Part shown: positions 9,813 to 19,560 of the stretch, one piece after another
Numbering within the stretch: the first letter of the stretch is position 1
Layout: each line of letters begins with the position of its first letter
Origin: Rhodobiaceae bacterium UBA7378
GTDB lineage: Bacteria > Pseudomonadota > Alphaproteobacteria > RS24
Reading direction: 5' to 3'
Assembly (NCBI GenBank): GCA_002469805.1
Contig: DKNW01000117.1
Location: 4,382 to 57,297 of the forward strand
DNA length: 52,916 nucleotides
Made by a program: the position numbers and the translations under genes
The notes under the pieces: model-generated
Database searches by the model: none
Seen by the model: the letters and a program-made list of their open reading frames with translations, nothing else
Told to the model about the DNA's origin: nothing

Positions 9813-11015
9813 ATGCTTGAGGGTATCAAAGTCGTCGAAATGGCGACGTATATCGCGGCACCTGCCGCAGGTGGCGTTATGGCGGATTGGGGCGCTGACG
9901 TCATAAAAATTGAGCCACTGGGCGGATGCCCGATGCGCAATTTCTTTGCCACAGCCATGACCGACGACTATCCGGATAATCCAGTTTTTGCGCTCGATAA
10001 TCGAGGCAAACGGGCCATTGCCGTTAACACATCCACAGATGAGGGCGCTGAGATTGTCCGCAAACTAGCCGCCGATGCAGATGTGTTTATAACCAATGTG
10101 CGCCCCGGCCAACTCGCAAAGCAGGGTCTGGATTTTGACACCCTGCACGCCCTGAACCCGAAAATGATTTACGCCAGCGTCACAGGCTTTGGCCTCGAAG
10201 GTGCAGAGCGGGACAAACCAGGTTTTGACACGGCCGCATTTTGGGCCAAATCAGGCATTGGCTGGATGATGACCCCAAAAGGCGCATCGCCTGTACCCTT
10301 GCGCGTTGCCGTTGGCGACCACATTACCGGCATCAGCACGGCCAGCGGCATTTTAGCCGCACTCTTGCGAGCCCAGAAAACCGGCAAAGGCACACTGGTC
10401 GAAAGCTCGCTCGTGCGCGCCGGCGCATATGTCGTCGGCTCCGACTTTTCCACCTATATGCGCTATGGCCGCATTGCCCGCTCACGCCCGCGCGAAGAAG
10501 CCGTGGTGCCAACGAGCAATTTCTTCCAGACATCTGACGGGCATTGGCTATTTATGAACTCGCGGCCAGGCGAACCTGACTGGCCGGAAATTATGCGCGC
10601 GACCGGGCTAGAGCACCTGGCAGATGACCCGCGCTTTGACAGCTTCCGCAATCGCCGCAAAAATGGCCCCGCGCTGGTTACCGAATTTGACACCGCCTTC
10701 GCCAAACACACATTGGACGAATGGCAACAACGCCTCGACGCCGAAGGCGTAATCTGGTCACCAGTGCAAAGTTTCGAGCAGGCACTAGAAGACCCGCAAA
10801 TGAAAGAAGCCGGTGTGTTTGTCGACATGCCCAAAGCCGATGGCACAAGTTATACGGCACCGGCCTCACCTATCCGGTTTGGTGACGCGAACACCGACCC
10901 CAAAGGCCCCTCGCCTGAGGTGGGCGAGCATACAGATGAGATTCTGGAAACGCTTGGTTTTGACTCAGAGGCACGGGCAAAATTATCCGCTGCCAAGGTT
11001 ATCAAGACCGTCTAG
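9813..11015 (+). CDS. family III CoA-transferase (CaiB/BaiF type)
   Basis: 400 aa. N-terminal LEGIKVVEMATYIAAPAAGGVMADWGADVIKIEP and DVFITNVRPG are typical of the family. GAGGAG RBS. Confidence 0.9.
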   Translation: MLEGIKVVEMATYIAAPAAGGVMADWGADVIKIEPLGGCPMRNFFATAMTDDYPDNPVFALDNRGKRAIAVNTSTDEGAEIVRKLAADADVFITNVRPGQLAKQGLDFDTLHALNPKMIYASVTGFGLEGAERDKPGFDTAAFWAKSGIGWMMTPKGASPVPLRVAVGDHITGISTASGILAALLRAQKTGKGTLVESSLVRAGAYVVGSDFSTYMRYGRIARSRPREEAVVPTSNFFQTSDGHWLFMNSRPGEPDWPEIMRATGLEHLADDPRFDSFRNRRKNGPALVTEFDTAFAKHTLDEWQQRLDAEGVIWSPVQSFEQALEDPQMKEAGVFVDMPKADGTSYTAPASPIRFGDANTDPKGPSPEVGEHTDEILETLGFDSEARAKLSAAKVIKTV

Positions 11016-11031
11016 GTGACATCAAATCCAC

Positions 11032-12375
11032 CTAGGCAATGTCTGCTTCCGGCGCGGATTGCCGGTTCAAATAAACATAGCGCAGCGCCAGCAACGTGAA
11101 TGGCGTAAGCGTACCGAAAATAATACCGTCGATCAGGCCTAGCGCACCCCGCCCCAGTTCAAAGCTGGCATACCAGGTCAGCGGGATCATGATGACGATA
11201 TAACTCAGAATATGCACGAGCGTGGGAAACCAAGTATCGCGTCGCGCGCGCAATGACATAGCAAGCAATGATTGGCCGGTATCAAAAATAAGCGCAATGC
11301 TGACATAGCCGATCATCGTTGCAGCCAGCTTGATCACCGCCTCGTCCGTGGTGAAAAGCCCCGCCGCGAATGACGCAAAGACATACAGCAAAACTGCACC
11401 CACCAGCATAATGATGGTTTGTAGGCTCAGCCCGACCCACGCCCAGCGATTGACACGCGCCATATCGCCAGCGCCATAGGCATTCCCAACACTCACAGAG
11501 GTCGCAACGCCAAAGCCGAGCCCCATCATGAAAAACAGCGCAAACACATTGATTGTGATGACATGGGCCGCCAGCACCATTGTGCCCAGAAGTCCGCCGA
11601 ACAACGCCAATGCGTTAAAGGCTGCGTTCTCAACCCCCATGGAAACCCCGGAAGCATAACCGATGCGTCGCAATTCCGTGCCCTTGCGCCAGCCCCATAC
11701 TGGTCGATTGACGCCATATTTCGCGCGATCAAGGAAAAACCAGACATAGGACAAAATCGCGAAAACCTGCGCCAACCGCACAACAAATGTGGCCCAGATT
11801 GACCCTTCGGCACCCAGTTCTGGAAACCCGAACAGGCCAAATACCAGCACATAATTCGCCCCGATATTGATGATGTTGGCGAGGATCATAATCACCATGC
11901 CCGGACGCGGATTACGGATGCCCTCCAGAAAAAACCCGGTCGTCATATGAATTGCCGCGAGAGGTAAACTTAGCCCAGCGATAAAGGAAATACGCCCACC
12001 CTTCTCCGCAAGCTCGGGGGTTTGCCCCGATAACAATAAGAGCGGCTCGCCAAAGGCGCACAGTACAAACCCCAATAGGCCAATTAAAATGCCCCACGGC
12101 AGCGACAGCCACCAAATCTCGCCGGTCTTCTCAACCTTGCCCGCGCCATACCGGTTGGAAACCAGAACCGATGTCCCCATCAACAAACCGATCATCACCA
12201 GAATGAAAATATTGCTCGGCACCATGCCTATACCGACATAGGCCAGATGCTCGGACGCGTAATGCCCGACCATCACCGTGTCGGTAATCGACAAGGTTAA
12301 AATACCGGTACGGCTGATTACCACCGGCCAAGCCAGTGACAAAAGTTCGCGCATATCCCGAAGTAGCTGGCGCAT
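11032..12375 (-). CDS. MATE-family efflux transporter
   Basis: 447 aa, 12 TM helices. N-terminus LLSLAWPVVISRTGILTLSITDTVMVGH is typical of NorM-like proteins. Confidence 0.9.
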   Translation of the reverse strand: MRQLLRDMRELLSLAWPVVISRTGILTLSITDTVMVGHYASEHLAYVGIGMVPSNIFILVMIGLLMGTSVLVSNRYGAGKVEKTGEIWWLSLPWGILIGLLGFVLCAFGEPLLLLSGQTPELAEKGGRISFIAGLSLPLAAIHMTTGFFLEGIRNPRPGMVIMILANIINIGANYVLVFGLFGFPELGAEGSIWATFVVRLAQVFAILSYVWFFLDRAKYGVNRPVWGWRKGTELRRIGYASGVSMGVENAAFNALALFGGLLGTMVLAAHVITINVFALFFMMGLGFGVATSVSVGNAYGAGDMARVNRWAWVGLSLQTIIMLVGAVLLYVFASFAAGLFTTDEAVIKLAATMIGYVSIALIFDTGQSLLAMSLRARRDTWFPTLVHILSYIVIMIPLTWYASFELGRGALGLIDGIIFGTLTPFTLLALRYVYLNRQSAPEADIA

Positions 12376-12974
12376 TACTCAGCACTGGTTTCAGGCAAAG
12401 CGAAAACGGCAATATCGTCAAGGGGTGGGCGGGTGCGCTCTGCAGGTTCTTCCGTGCGCGTGCCGATGTAAATAAAACCGGCGATCTCATCATCGGGGCC
12501 ACCCCCTAGGCGCGCGCGGATGGCGGTGTCATAGGCGGCAGAACCGGTAAGCCATTGGGCTGCAAATCCAGCGGCTTGAGCCGCGGCGGTAAGCAACATA
12601 CAGGCGGCACCTGCAGAATAAATCTGTTCACTGCGGGGAATTTTCGGGTGCACGCGCGGGCATGCCAAAACCGCAACAACGCAAGGCGCGCGCAAAAACT
12701 GTGCGCGTGCAGCAGCGATCATGTCTGGTTCTTCTCCCCTTTCGGCAAGCCCCATGGCTGCAATGTCACCCAGCTTCGCGCAGTCATCGCCTTCGATCAC
12801 AACAAACCGCCATGGGGTCAACTTGCCATGGTCAGGAACGCGCGCGCCGATCGACAAAATTATCTCCAGCGTGTCGCGGTCCGGCCCCGGCGTACGCATA
12901 TTGCGCGCCAGTACAGACCGCCGGTTTTGTAGAAAGTCGATTACAGGATTGTCTTGTATATTAACTTGCATCAC
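12375..12974 (-). CDS. nitroreductase-family protein
   Basis: 199 aa. FLQNRRSV..., PDHGKLTPWRFVVI and AAQAAGFAAQW motifs. The stop overlaps the MATE start by 1 nt (TAATG). Confidence 0.85.
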   Translation of the reverse strand: MMQVNIQDNPVIDFLQNRRSVLARNMRTPGPDRDTLEIILSIGARVPDHGKLTPWRFVVIEGDDCAKLGDIAAMGLAERGEEPDMIAAARAQFLRAPCVVAVLACPRVHPKIPRSEQIYSAGAACMLLTAAAQAAGFAAQWLTGSAAYDTAIRARLGGGPDDEIAGFIYIGTRTEEPAERTRPPLDDIAVFALPETSAE

Positions 12975-13046
12975 GCTGGATCTCTGTGGTCTGGTCCACC
13001 GACACGGGCGTTACAAACACGCCAGATATAAAAAGAAAAATAGAAC

Positions 13047-13898
13047 ATGCCCGTCTTTATCATAATTGCCGCGGTGTTCGCATACCAAATTTACGTGCCT
13101 GCAAACGCCGGTGCGTGGTCGCGACCAGGCGATAGCGGTTATATCGCCATAAAACGCTCGCACGTGTCGGGCGCAGCCGCTATCGCGGTGCCTCAACAAA
13201 TCGGCGCAACCGCTTCAGGGCTGGAGACGCAAACCTCGGCGAACAGCCAGACGCGCGAAATTTATGGTGAATATAGTGTCTCCCCGCACATTTTGATCGT
13301 CGCCAAAGCATTGTCTCAACATACTCAGCTGGCCGCTGATACCCGCCGCCTGCGCTATCATGAAATAGGTTTGCAGACCCCCTTTGAACTCGTGGCCTAT
13401 GGTTTATTGCCACCAGGCACCGTGTCGGCTCTGCGTTTGGCTTTTCCACATCTCCGCTTCAACCATGACACAAGCGCTGCTGTGCAAATTTTTCGGCATG
13501 AGACCAGCACACGCAATACCGGCGGGGACGGCCACGAAACCACGCACGCTAATGGGGGTGGTCTGACGGTTTTATTTGGCGATCGGCTTGGGGTCGGAAA
13601 TTTTCATCTGGAACAAAATCTTGCCCTAACACAGTTCAACTCATTTTCATCAGGTCCTTGGAAAGCGGATTATGACATGCATATTGGCTATAGAAATCAG
13701 CTGACGATCGGCTGGATGCGCGAAACCTATCAAGATCAGAGCCTGCCTTATGAAAGCCACAGCCAGTACATCACCGTCAGCTTTTACCCGCCGGATCAGC
13801 AGTTCGGCGTGCGCTTGTTACGCGGCTATAACAAAACATCGCAATCGATGGGGAACCAGCGCAGCTTCCGCTTGGAACTGGGCTGGTCGTTTCCCTGA
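13047..13898 (+). CDS. hypothetical protein, possible outer-membrane beta-barrel
   Basis: 283 aa. Hydrophobic N-terminus ending ...PANA, alternating hydrophobic/polar beta-strand-like pattern, and a C-terminus ...FRLELGWSFP with an aromatic residue near the end. No family recognised and no obvious RBS. Confidence 0.5.
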   Translation: MPVFIIIAAVFAYQIYVPANAGAWSRPGDSGYIAIKRSHVSGAAAIAVPQQIGATASGLETQTSANSQTREIYGEYSVSPHILIVAKALSQHTQLAADTRRLRYHEIGLQTPFELVAYGLLPPGTVSALRLAFPHLRFNHDTSAAVQIFRHETSTRNTGGDGHETTHANGGGLTVLFGDRLGVGNFHLEQNLALTQFNSFSSGPWKADYDMHIGYRNQLTIGWMRETYQDQSLPYESHSQYITVSFYPPDQQFGVRLLRGYNKTSQSMGNQRSFRLELGWSFP

Positions 13899-13918
13899 TA
13901 CGCCATAAGCGAAAAGGT

Positions 13919-15883
13919 TTATTGCGTGCGCAAATCTGGGGGGCAGGCTTCATCAGCCAGCGCGGTAACGACGTCGTCAAGGCCGACAACTTGCTGGTCT
14001 TTGCTTCCAAGGCGGCGCATCGACACCGTCTTGGCTTCAGCCTCGCGGCCACCGACAGCGAGAATAACCGGCACTTTGGCGACCGAGTGCTCGCGCACTT
14101 TATAGTTAATTTTCTCATTACGCGTATCGGCATCAGCGCGCAGGCCTTGCGCCCTGAGCGCGGCGACAACCTCATGTGCATATTCATCGGCATCGGTGGT
14201 GATCGGGCAGACCATCACCTGCTGCGGCGCCAACCATAGCGGCATCTTGCCAGCATAGCTTTCGATCATGATGCCGATAAAGCGTTCCAGTGTGCCAAGC
14301 ACTGCGCGGTGCAACATCACCGGCATATGCTTTTCGCCATCCTCGCCAACATAACTCGCGCCCAGACGCTCGGGTAAAACGAAATCCAGTTGCAACGTGC
14401 CGCATTGCCACGTCCGACCGATCGCATCGCGCAAATGATACTCGATTTTAGGTCCGTAAAACGCGCCTTCGCCGGGCAATTCTTCCCAGTCGAGTCCGAC
14501 AGCCGTAAGCGCATCGCGCAGGCCATTTTCCGCTCGGTCCCAAACCGCATCATCGCCCGCCCGCATGTCAGGGCGCAGTGCCAGCTTGACCGATACGTCG
14601 GTAAATCCGAGGTCTTCGTAAACTTGCGTCACCAGCCCGCAAAAATCCACGGCTTCGGAGATAATCTGGTCCTCGCGACAGAAAATATGCGCGTCATCCT
14701 GTGTCATCTGACGCACCCGCATCAAACCATGCAGCGCGCCATGTGCCTCATTGCGGTGGCAGCACCCAAACTCAGCCATGCGAATAGGCAGATCACGATA
14801 GCTTTTGATGCCTTGTTTAAAAATCTGCACATGCGCCGGACAATTCATCGGCTTCAACGCCATCAGATCAGCCTCTCCCGAAATAACGGCATCATCATCG
14901 TCGGTCGCTGGTACTTCGTCCGGCACCACAAACATGTTTTCGCGAAATTTGTCCCAATGGCCCGATTGTTCCCAGAACCGCCTGTCTAACAGCTGCGGGG
15001 TCTTCACCTCATCATAGCCATTTGCTTCAAGCCGGCGGCGAATATACTGCTCAAGAGCTTGCCAAATGATATAGCCCTTTTTGTGCCAGAACACCGACCC
15101 CTGCGCTTCTTCCTGCAGGTGGAACAAATCCATCTCACGGCCAATTTTGCGGTGGTCGCGTTTTTCGGCTTCTTCCACCATGGTGAGATAGGCTTTCAGC
15201 TGCTTATCAGAGGCCCAACATGTGCCGTAAATGCGTTGCAACATCTCGTTATTGCTATCGCCACGCCAATAGGCACCAGCCAGCTTGGTCAGCTTAAAGG
15301 CTTTGCCGAGCTTACCGGTTGAGGGAAGATGTGGCCCGCGACACAAGTCTTTCCAGTCACCCTGACGATAAACCGTAATGTCTTCATCGCCGGGAATATC
15401 GGCAATGATTTCTGCCTTGTAGACTTCGCCAATTTCGCGGAAATGCGCGATCGCTTCATCGCGATTCCAGACCTCGCGGACGATCGGCTCATTGCGGTCA
15501 ACGATATCGCGCATCCGACTCTCAATAGCTTCCAGATCATCAAGGCTAAACGGGGTTTGCCGTGCAAAATCGTAGAAGAAGCCGGCATCAATGACCGGGC
15601 CGATTGTCACTTGAGTATCGGGAAATAACTCCTGCACGGCTTGGGCAAGCACATGGGCACAATCATGCCGCATAATTTCCACGCCCTCATCATCATCCGC
15701 TGTGATGACGGCTATCTCGCAATCGTGCTCGATCAGCGTGGCGAGGTCGCGCATTTCCCCATCGATTTTAAGAGCCAGTGCTTTTTTCGCCAGGCTCTTG
15801 GAAATCGATTCCGCGAAAGCCACGCCGGTGAGCGGCGTATCTTGATCCCGTGTAGAGCCATCAGGCAGGGTCAACCTTATCAT
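13919..15883 (-). CDS. thrS: threonine--tRNA ligase
   Basis: 654 aa. TGS-domain start [10 protein letters not shown], editing and class II catalytic cores ([30 protein letters not shown]), and a C-terminal anticodon-binding domain. Confidence 0.95.
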   Translation of the reverse strand: MIRLTLPDGSTRDQDTPLTGVAFAESISKSLAKKALALKIDGEMRDLATLIEHDCEIAVITADDDEGVEIMRHDCAHVLAQAVQELFPDTQVTIGPVIDAGFFYDFARQTPFSLDDLEAIESRMRDIVDRNEPIVREVWNRDEAIAHFREIGEVYKAEIIADIPGDEDITVYRQGDWKDLCRGPHLPSTGKLGKAFKLTKLAGAYWRGDSNNEMLQRIYGTCWASDKQLKAYLTMVEEAEKRDHRKIGREMDLFHLQEEAQGSVFWHKKGYIIWQALEQYIRRRLEANGYDEVKTPQLLDRRFWEQSGHWDKFRENMFVVPDEVPATDDDDAVISGEADLMALKPMNCPAHVQIFKQGIKSYRDLPIRMAEFGCCHRNEAHGALHGLMRVRQMTQDDAHIFCREDQIISEAVDFCGLVTQVYEDLGFTDVSVKLALRPDMRAGDDAVWDRAENGLRDALTAVGLDWEELPGEGAFYGPKIEYHLRDAIGRTWQCGTLQLDFVLPERLGASYVGEDGEKHMPVMLHRAVLGTLERFIGIMIESYAGKMPLWLAPQQVMVCPITTDADEYAHEVVAALRAQGLRADADTRNEKINYKVREHSVAKVPVILAVGGREAEAKTVSMRRLGSKDQQVVGLDDVVTALADEACPPDLRTQ

Positions 15884-16196
15884 CTGCGTCTTCCATTCGT
15901 TGCGTCACAATCACAAGCTTCCATGGGGCATACCAAGGTCCGCGCAAAATCTCAACAGGCACTGGATCATATCCATGGCCCGCCCCAAGATGTTCGATGG
16001 GATGACACCGCCTTATGCGGCGTAAAAAAAGCCACAAACCAGCCCAAGCCCCGTGATAACGAACCGCCTCCAGTGCGTATTCGGAACAGGTCGGTTGAAA
16101 CCGGCAGGTCGGCGGAAAAAGCGGTGAGATGAAATATCGGTAAAAATATATTGGTAGAGAAACCAGAAAACCCAAAACCGGACGAACCAACCGCAC
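15861..16196 (-). CDS. yidD: membrane protein insertion efficiency factor YidD
   Basis: [33 protein letters not shown]...RRIRRCHP is the YidD signature. The C-terminal extension overlaps the thrS start by 23 nt. Confidence 0.85.
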   Translation of the reverse strand: MRLVRPVLGFLVSLPIYFYRYFISPLFPPTCRFQPTCSEYALEAVRYHGAWAGLWLFLRRIRRCHPIEHLGAGHGYDPVPVEILRGPWYAPWKLVIVTQRMEDADDKVDPA

Positions 16197-16202
16197 GGGC
16201 GT

Positions 16203-16646
16203 TCACCAGCCGAGTTGAGCGAGGCAATCCTCAACCGCATCAAAAGTCAAAAGCGTCGATGCATGTCGGTTGTGGAAGTCGCGCACCGGTGTCAAAACCT
16301 CAAGGTCTTTCCACTTTCCCGGATGCTCTGGCAGGCACGGCACGGGGCCGTTTTGTTTTAACATGGTGCGCATTTGCGCGGCAACGCTGTGCAAATCTGT
16401 TGCGGCACTCCCGATAATTTCACGCGCCATGACCGAGCTAGACGCCTGCCCCAGCGCGCACGCTTGGAGTTCATGGGCAAACTGAGTGACCCGGCCACCT
16501 GCATCGACACACAATTCGACATGCACTTTCGACCCACATAAGCGCGACACGGCATCGGCACGCGCATCAGGTGCATCAAGTCGCCCCAGATGCGGCACAT
16601 CGCCAGCTAGGTGCAAAATGCGCTTGTTGTACAGATCATTCATCAT
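16203..16646 (-). CDS. NifU/IscU-N-terminal-domain-like protein (putative Fe-S scaffold-like, degenerate)
   Basis: 147 aa. Starts MMNDLYNKRILHLAG, has LCGSK and ACALGQASSS segments equivalent to the first two IscU/SufU Cys motifs, but NRHASTLL where the third (H)C motif is expected. Confidence 0.7.
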   Translation of the reverse strand: MMNDLYNKRILHLAGDVPHLGRLDAPDARADAVSRLCGSKVHVELCVDAGGRVTQFAHELQACALGQASSSVMAREIIGSAATDLHSVAAQMRTMLKQNGPVPCLPEHPGKWKDLEVLTPVRDFHNRHASTLLTFDAVEDCLAQLGW

Positions 16647-16655
16647 TGTGAAATG

Positions 16656-18023
16656 TTAGCGCGTTCCGTGCTGTCTTGCGAGACGCCATATTGTCCCGTC
16701 GGCGGTATCTTCAATAGTGACCCCCAGTTCGCCCAGCGCGTCACGTGCCGCGTCAGCCGCCGCAAAATCACGCACACGGCGAGCTTGTGCACGCTTTTCG
16801 ATCAAACTTTCAACCAGCGCAACATCGAGCGCGGTCGTATCCGTGGCAAACCATTGCGCCGGATCGCCTTCTAGCAAACCCATAATATTAGCCGCGGCCA
16901 GAAATTGCCCTTTTCCTTGGGGTGTATCGGTCTGCTTTGACAGGGCAAACAGCTCGGCCATCGCTTTGGGCGTATTTAAGTCGTCGCACAGTGCATCCAA
17001 GAACGCGTCAGGTGCTTCGCAGGTGTCAGGGGTAACATCGCCCGTATCGCGCAAAACACCATAAAGGCGATCAAGATTGCGCATCGACTGGTCGAGTAAA
17101 TCAGCCGTAAAATCGAGCGGTTGGCGGTACTGTCCTTGCAACAGCGCGAGGCGAATAGCTTCGCCCGGATAATCGCCAAGCAATTCCTCGACCAACGTGA
17201 TATTGCCGCGCGATTTGGACATTTTTTCGCCCGCGATATTGAGCATGCCATTGTGCAACCAATAGCGCGCCAGCGGCGCACCGTGCGCGCATCTGCTTTG
17301 AGCACATTCGTTTTCGTGATGGGGAAATTGCAAATCAACGCCGCCACCATGAATATCTACCGTTGGCCCGAAATGACGCGCAATCATCGCCGAACACTCA
17401 ATATGCCAGCCTGGACGCCCGCGCCCCCATGGGCTTTCCCAACCCGGCAAATCGACCGTTGAGGGTTTCCAGAGTACAAAATCGCCAGCATCGCGCTTAT
17501 AGGGGGCTATTTCGACGCGTGCACCGGCAAGCATATCTTCGCGCGCGCGCCGCGACAGCGTACCATAATCGGCATCTTGGGTGACATCGAATAAGACATG
17601 CCCTTCCGCGACATAGGCTGCCCCCCGCGCAATAAGCAAAGTGATCATCTCGATAATATCGTCAACATGCCGGGTGGCGTGGGGTTCAATATCGGGCGCG
17701 GCAACGCCAAGCGCGGCCATATCTTCGTGATATTTCGCGCGATAACGGTCGGTTATAATGCCGATATCGACACCCTCTTCAGCCGCGCGCGCATTAATCT
17801 TATCATCAATATCGGTGATATTACGGGCATAGCTCACCGCCGGATATAAGTGCCTCAAAACGCGCACCAAAACGTCGAAAACCACCGCAGGTCTGGCATT
17901 GCCGATATGCGCTGGCCCATAAACCGTCGGACCGCACACATAAATTGTCACATGCGCGGCATTTTCCGGCTGAAACTCTTCTTTTTGGCGGTTCAGATTA
18001 TTATGCAGAAAGAGCCTGCGCAT
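16656..18023 (-). CDS. cysS: cysteine--tRNA ligase
   Basis: HIGN (HIGH-class) and KMSKS motifs, plus WHIECSAM around the zinc site. The ORF extends to 18059, but ATG 18023 (MRRLFLHNNL...) fits typical CysRS N-termini. The start is uncertain by 12 codons. Confidence 0.93.
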   Translation of the reverse strand: MRRLFLHNNLNRQKEEFQPENAAHVTIYVCGPTVYGPAHIGNARPAVVFDVLVRVLRHLYPAVSYARNITDIDDKINARAAEEGVDIGIITDRYRAKYHEDMAALGVAAPDIEPHATRHVDDIIEMITLLIARGAAYVAEGHVLFDVTQDADYGTLSRRAREDMLAGARVEIAPYKRDAGDFVLWKPSTVDLPGWESPWGRGRPGWHIECSAMIARHFGPTVDIHGGGVDLQFPHHENECAQSRCAHGAPLARYWLHNGMLNIAGEKMSKSRGNITLVEELLGDYPGEAIRLALLQGQYRQPLDFTADLLDQSMRNLDRLYGVLRDTGDVTPDTCEAPDAFLDALCDDLNTPKAMAELFALSKQTDTPQGKGQFLAAANIMGLLEGDPAQWFATDTTALDVALVESLIEKRAQARRVRDFAAADAARDALGELGVTIEDTADGTIWRLARQHGTR

Positions 18024-18215
18024 GATGTCCAGTCCATTAACTGTGCTTCGGCGCACCATAATTCGCTAGCTATCACGCGGCAAGCTGTGTTTTCAGCTTC
18101 AGGCTTGATCCAAAGCCCTATCTGTGACGTATATAGATTGGCTGCAACGGAGGGTGCTGCCCATCTGCACCGTTAGTCGCTTCGCCTTTTTGGGCGAAGG
18201 GGCTATATCGCAAAG

Positions 18216-18238
18216 GGTTTCTGCATATATGCAAAACC
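18216..18238. promoter_or_regulatory. palindromic element GGTTT-c-TGCATATATGCA-AAACC in the cysS/folE divergent region
   Basis: Perfect 12-nt palindrome TGCATATATGCA (18222-18233) flanked by complementary GGTTT/AAACC. ATGCAAA recurs at 18241-18247, directly abutting the putative folE -35. Confidence 0.4.
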
Positions 18239-18248
18239 TTATGCAAAT

Positions 18249-18277
18249 TTGATGAGGCGGCGTTCTCTACGTATCAT
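18249..18277 (+). promoter_or_regulatory. candidate sigma70-type promoter of folE
   Basis: TTGATG (18249-18254), 17-nt spacer, TATCAT (18272-18277), about 100 nt upstream of the folE ATG. Confidence 0.4.
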
Positions 18278-18376
18278 GGCATAAGGCGATGACCCGCAGG
18301 GGCCTGAGCACACACGGGCATCTTGCTGGATGCCTGGCGAATAACGGGACGTATTTCCCGCATACGAGGCATAACA

Positions 18377-19003
18377 ATGGATGCACGAGTCGACGGCAGT
18401 AAAACGCCGATAGTCAGAGAACGGGATGTAAAAGTGGAAAAACCTTCACGCGAACAAGCCGAAGCAGCCGTCCGCACACTTATTTCATGGGCAGGCGACA
18501 ACCCTGAACGCGAGGGTCTGATCGACACTCCCAAGCGTGTTGTTAATGCCTACACAGAGTTTTTTGCCGGTTATGAAGAAGATCCGGAAGAAGTTCTCGG
18601 CCGGACATTTGAAGATGTCGAAGGCTATGATGATATGGTCATGCTGCGCGATATCGCTATGGAAAGCCATTGTGAGCACCATATGGTCGCCATTCTCGGC
18701 AAAGTGCATATTGCCTATATGCCAGTAGACAAAGTTGTCGGCATTTCCAAACTGGCTCGCGTCATTGAGATTTTCGCTAAACGCCTGCAAACGCAGGAAA
18801 CCATGACAGCGCAGGTCGTCGACTGCATCCAGCGTGTTTTGGAGCCTGCAGGCGTAGCTATTCTCGTTGATGCCAAGCACCAGTGCATGACAACGCGCGG
18901 CATCAAAAAACCGGACGTTGCAACCATCACCACACAATTCACGGGTGTCTTCGCAGAAGACCCGCGCATGGAAGCGCGCTTTCTTGCCATGATCAACGGC
19001 TAG
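18377..19003 (+). CDS. folE: GTP cyclohydrolase I
   Basis: [35 protein letters not shown] and KHQCMTTRG motifs. The ORF opens at 18323, but ATG 18377 (MDARVDGS) has a GAGG 7 nt upstream. Confidence 0.9.
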   Translation: MDARVDGSKTPIVRERDVKVEKPSREQAEAAVRTLISWAGDNPEREGLIDTPKRVVNAYTEFFAGYEEDPEEVLGRTFEDVEGYDDMVMLRDIAMESHCEHHMVAILGKVHIAYMPVDKVVGISKLARVIEIFAKRLQTQETMTAQVVDCIQRVLEPAGVAILVDAKHQCMTTRGIKKPDVATITTQFTGVFAEDPRMEARFLAMING

Positions 19004-19044
19004 TTCTATAAGGTGGCTCTACATTATCCGAACTTGAGGATGTT

Positions 19045-19521
19045 ATGAGCGGACTTTTTGCAGAGCGCATGACCGTTGAGCAGGTCGAAGAGGGCTATGA
19101 ACTGGCCCCGAAATTCGATGACCGCGGGTTAATTCCAGCTGTCACCACTGATTTTGACAGTGGCGAACTGCTTATGCATGGCTTTATGAATGAAGAGGCC
19201 TTGCGTCTCACTATAGAAACTGGCGAAGCGCATTATTTCAGCCGCTCGCGCGAAGCAATCTGGCACAAGGGCGCCACCAGTGGCCTCGTCCAAAATGTCG
19301 TTGAAATGCGTATCGATGATGATCAGGATTGTGTTTGGTTGCGCGTGCGGGTTGGCGGCAACGGCGCCAGTTGCCATGTTGGCTATCGCTCGTGTTTTTA
19401 CCGGTCTTTGCCAACAGGCGCACTTCCTGATGGCCCCGTTTCGCTGACCTACGAGGAAAGCGAGAAGGTCTTCGATCCGCTCGCCGTCTATGGCGACGCG
19501 CCAAACCCTACAAAACTTTAG
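19045..19521 (+). CDS. hisI: phosphoribosyl-AMP cyclohydrolase
   Basis: 158 aa. GLIPAVTTD......[24 protein letters not shown] and DCD-like DDDQDC...SCH motifs. Confidence 0.9.
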   Translation: MSGLFAERMTVEQVEEGYELAPKFDDRGLIPAVTTDFDSGELLMHGFMNEEALRLTIETGEAHYFSRSREAIWHKGATSGLVQNVVEMRIDDDQDCVWLRVRVGGNGASCHVGYRSCFYRSLPTGALPDGPVSLTYEESEKVFDPLAVYGDAPNPTKL

Positions 19522-19560
19522 GGGTTTCACGCTCACTCGGCGTAGGCTAGCCGCAACGCA

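Noticed and set aside
14390-14989. 199-aa ORF antisense to thrS; similar long antisense ORFs at 4205..4834 (aldolase), 35715..36326 (cinA-like), 42742..43292 (purL) and 527..1042 (amidohydrolase)
   Set aside because: All lie entirely within well-supported genes on the other strand. They have no recognisable motifs and skewed composition, and are treated as shadow ORFs.
18323-18376. N-terminal extensions implied by the longest-ORF track starts (folE 18323, amidohydrolase 210, SDR 28036, cinA-like 36443, MBL 32474, purB 38078)
   Set aside because: The downstream ATGs have proper Shine-Dalgarno spacing and give N-termini typical of the families. The extensions overlap neighbouring genes or encode improbable leader sequences.
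18060-18376. Riboswitch or T-box in the long cysS/folE spacer (THF, preQ1, T-box)
   Set aside because: I could not recognise any conserved aptamer core or specifier/T-box sequence. These classes are also not expected upstream of these genes in Alphaproteobacteria. Only simple hairpins and palindromes are visible.
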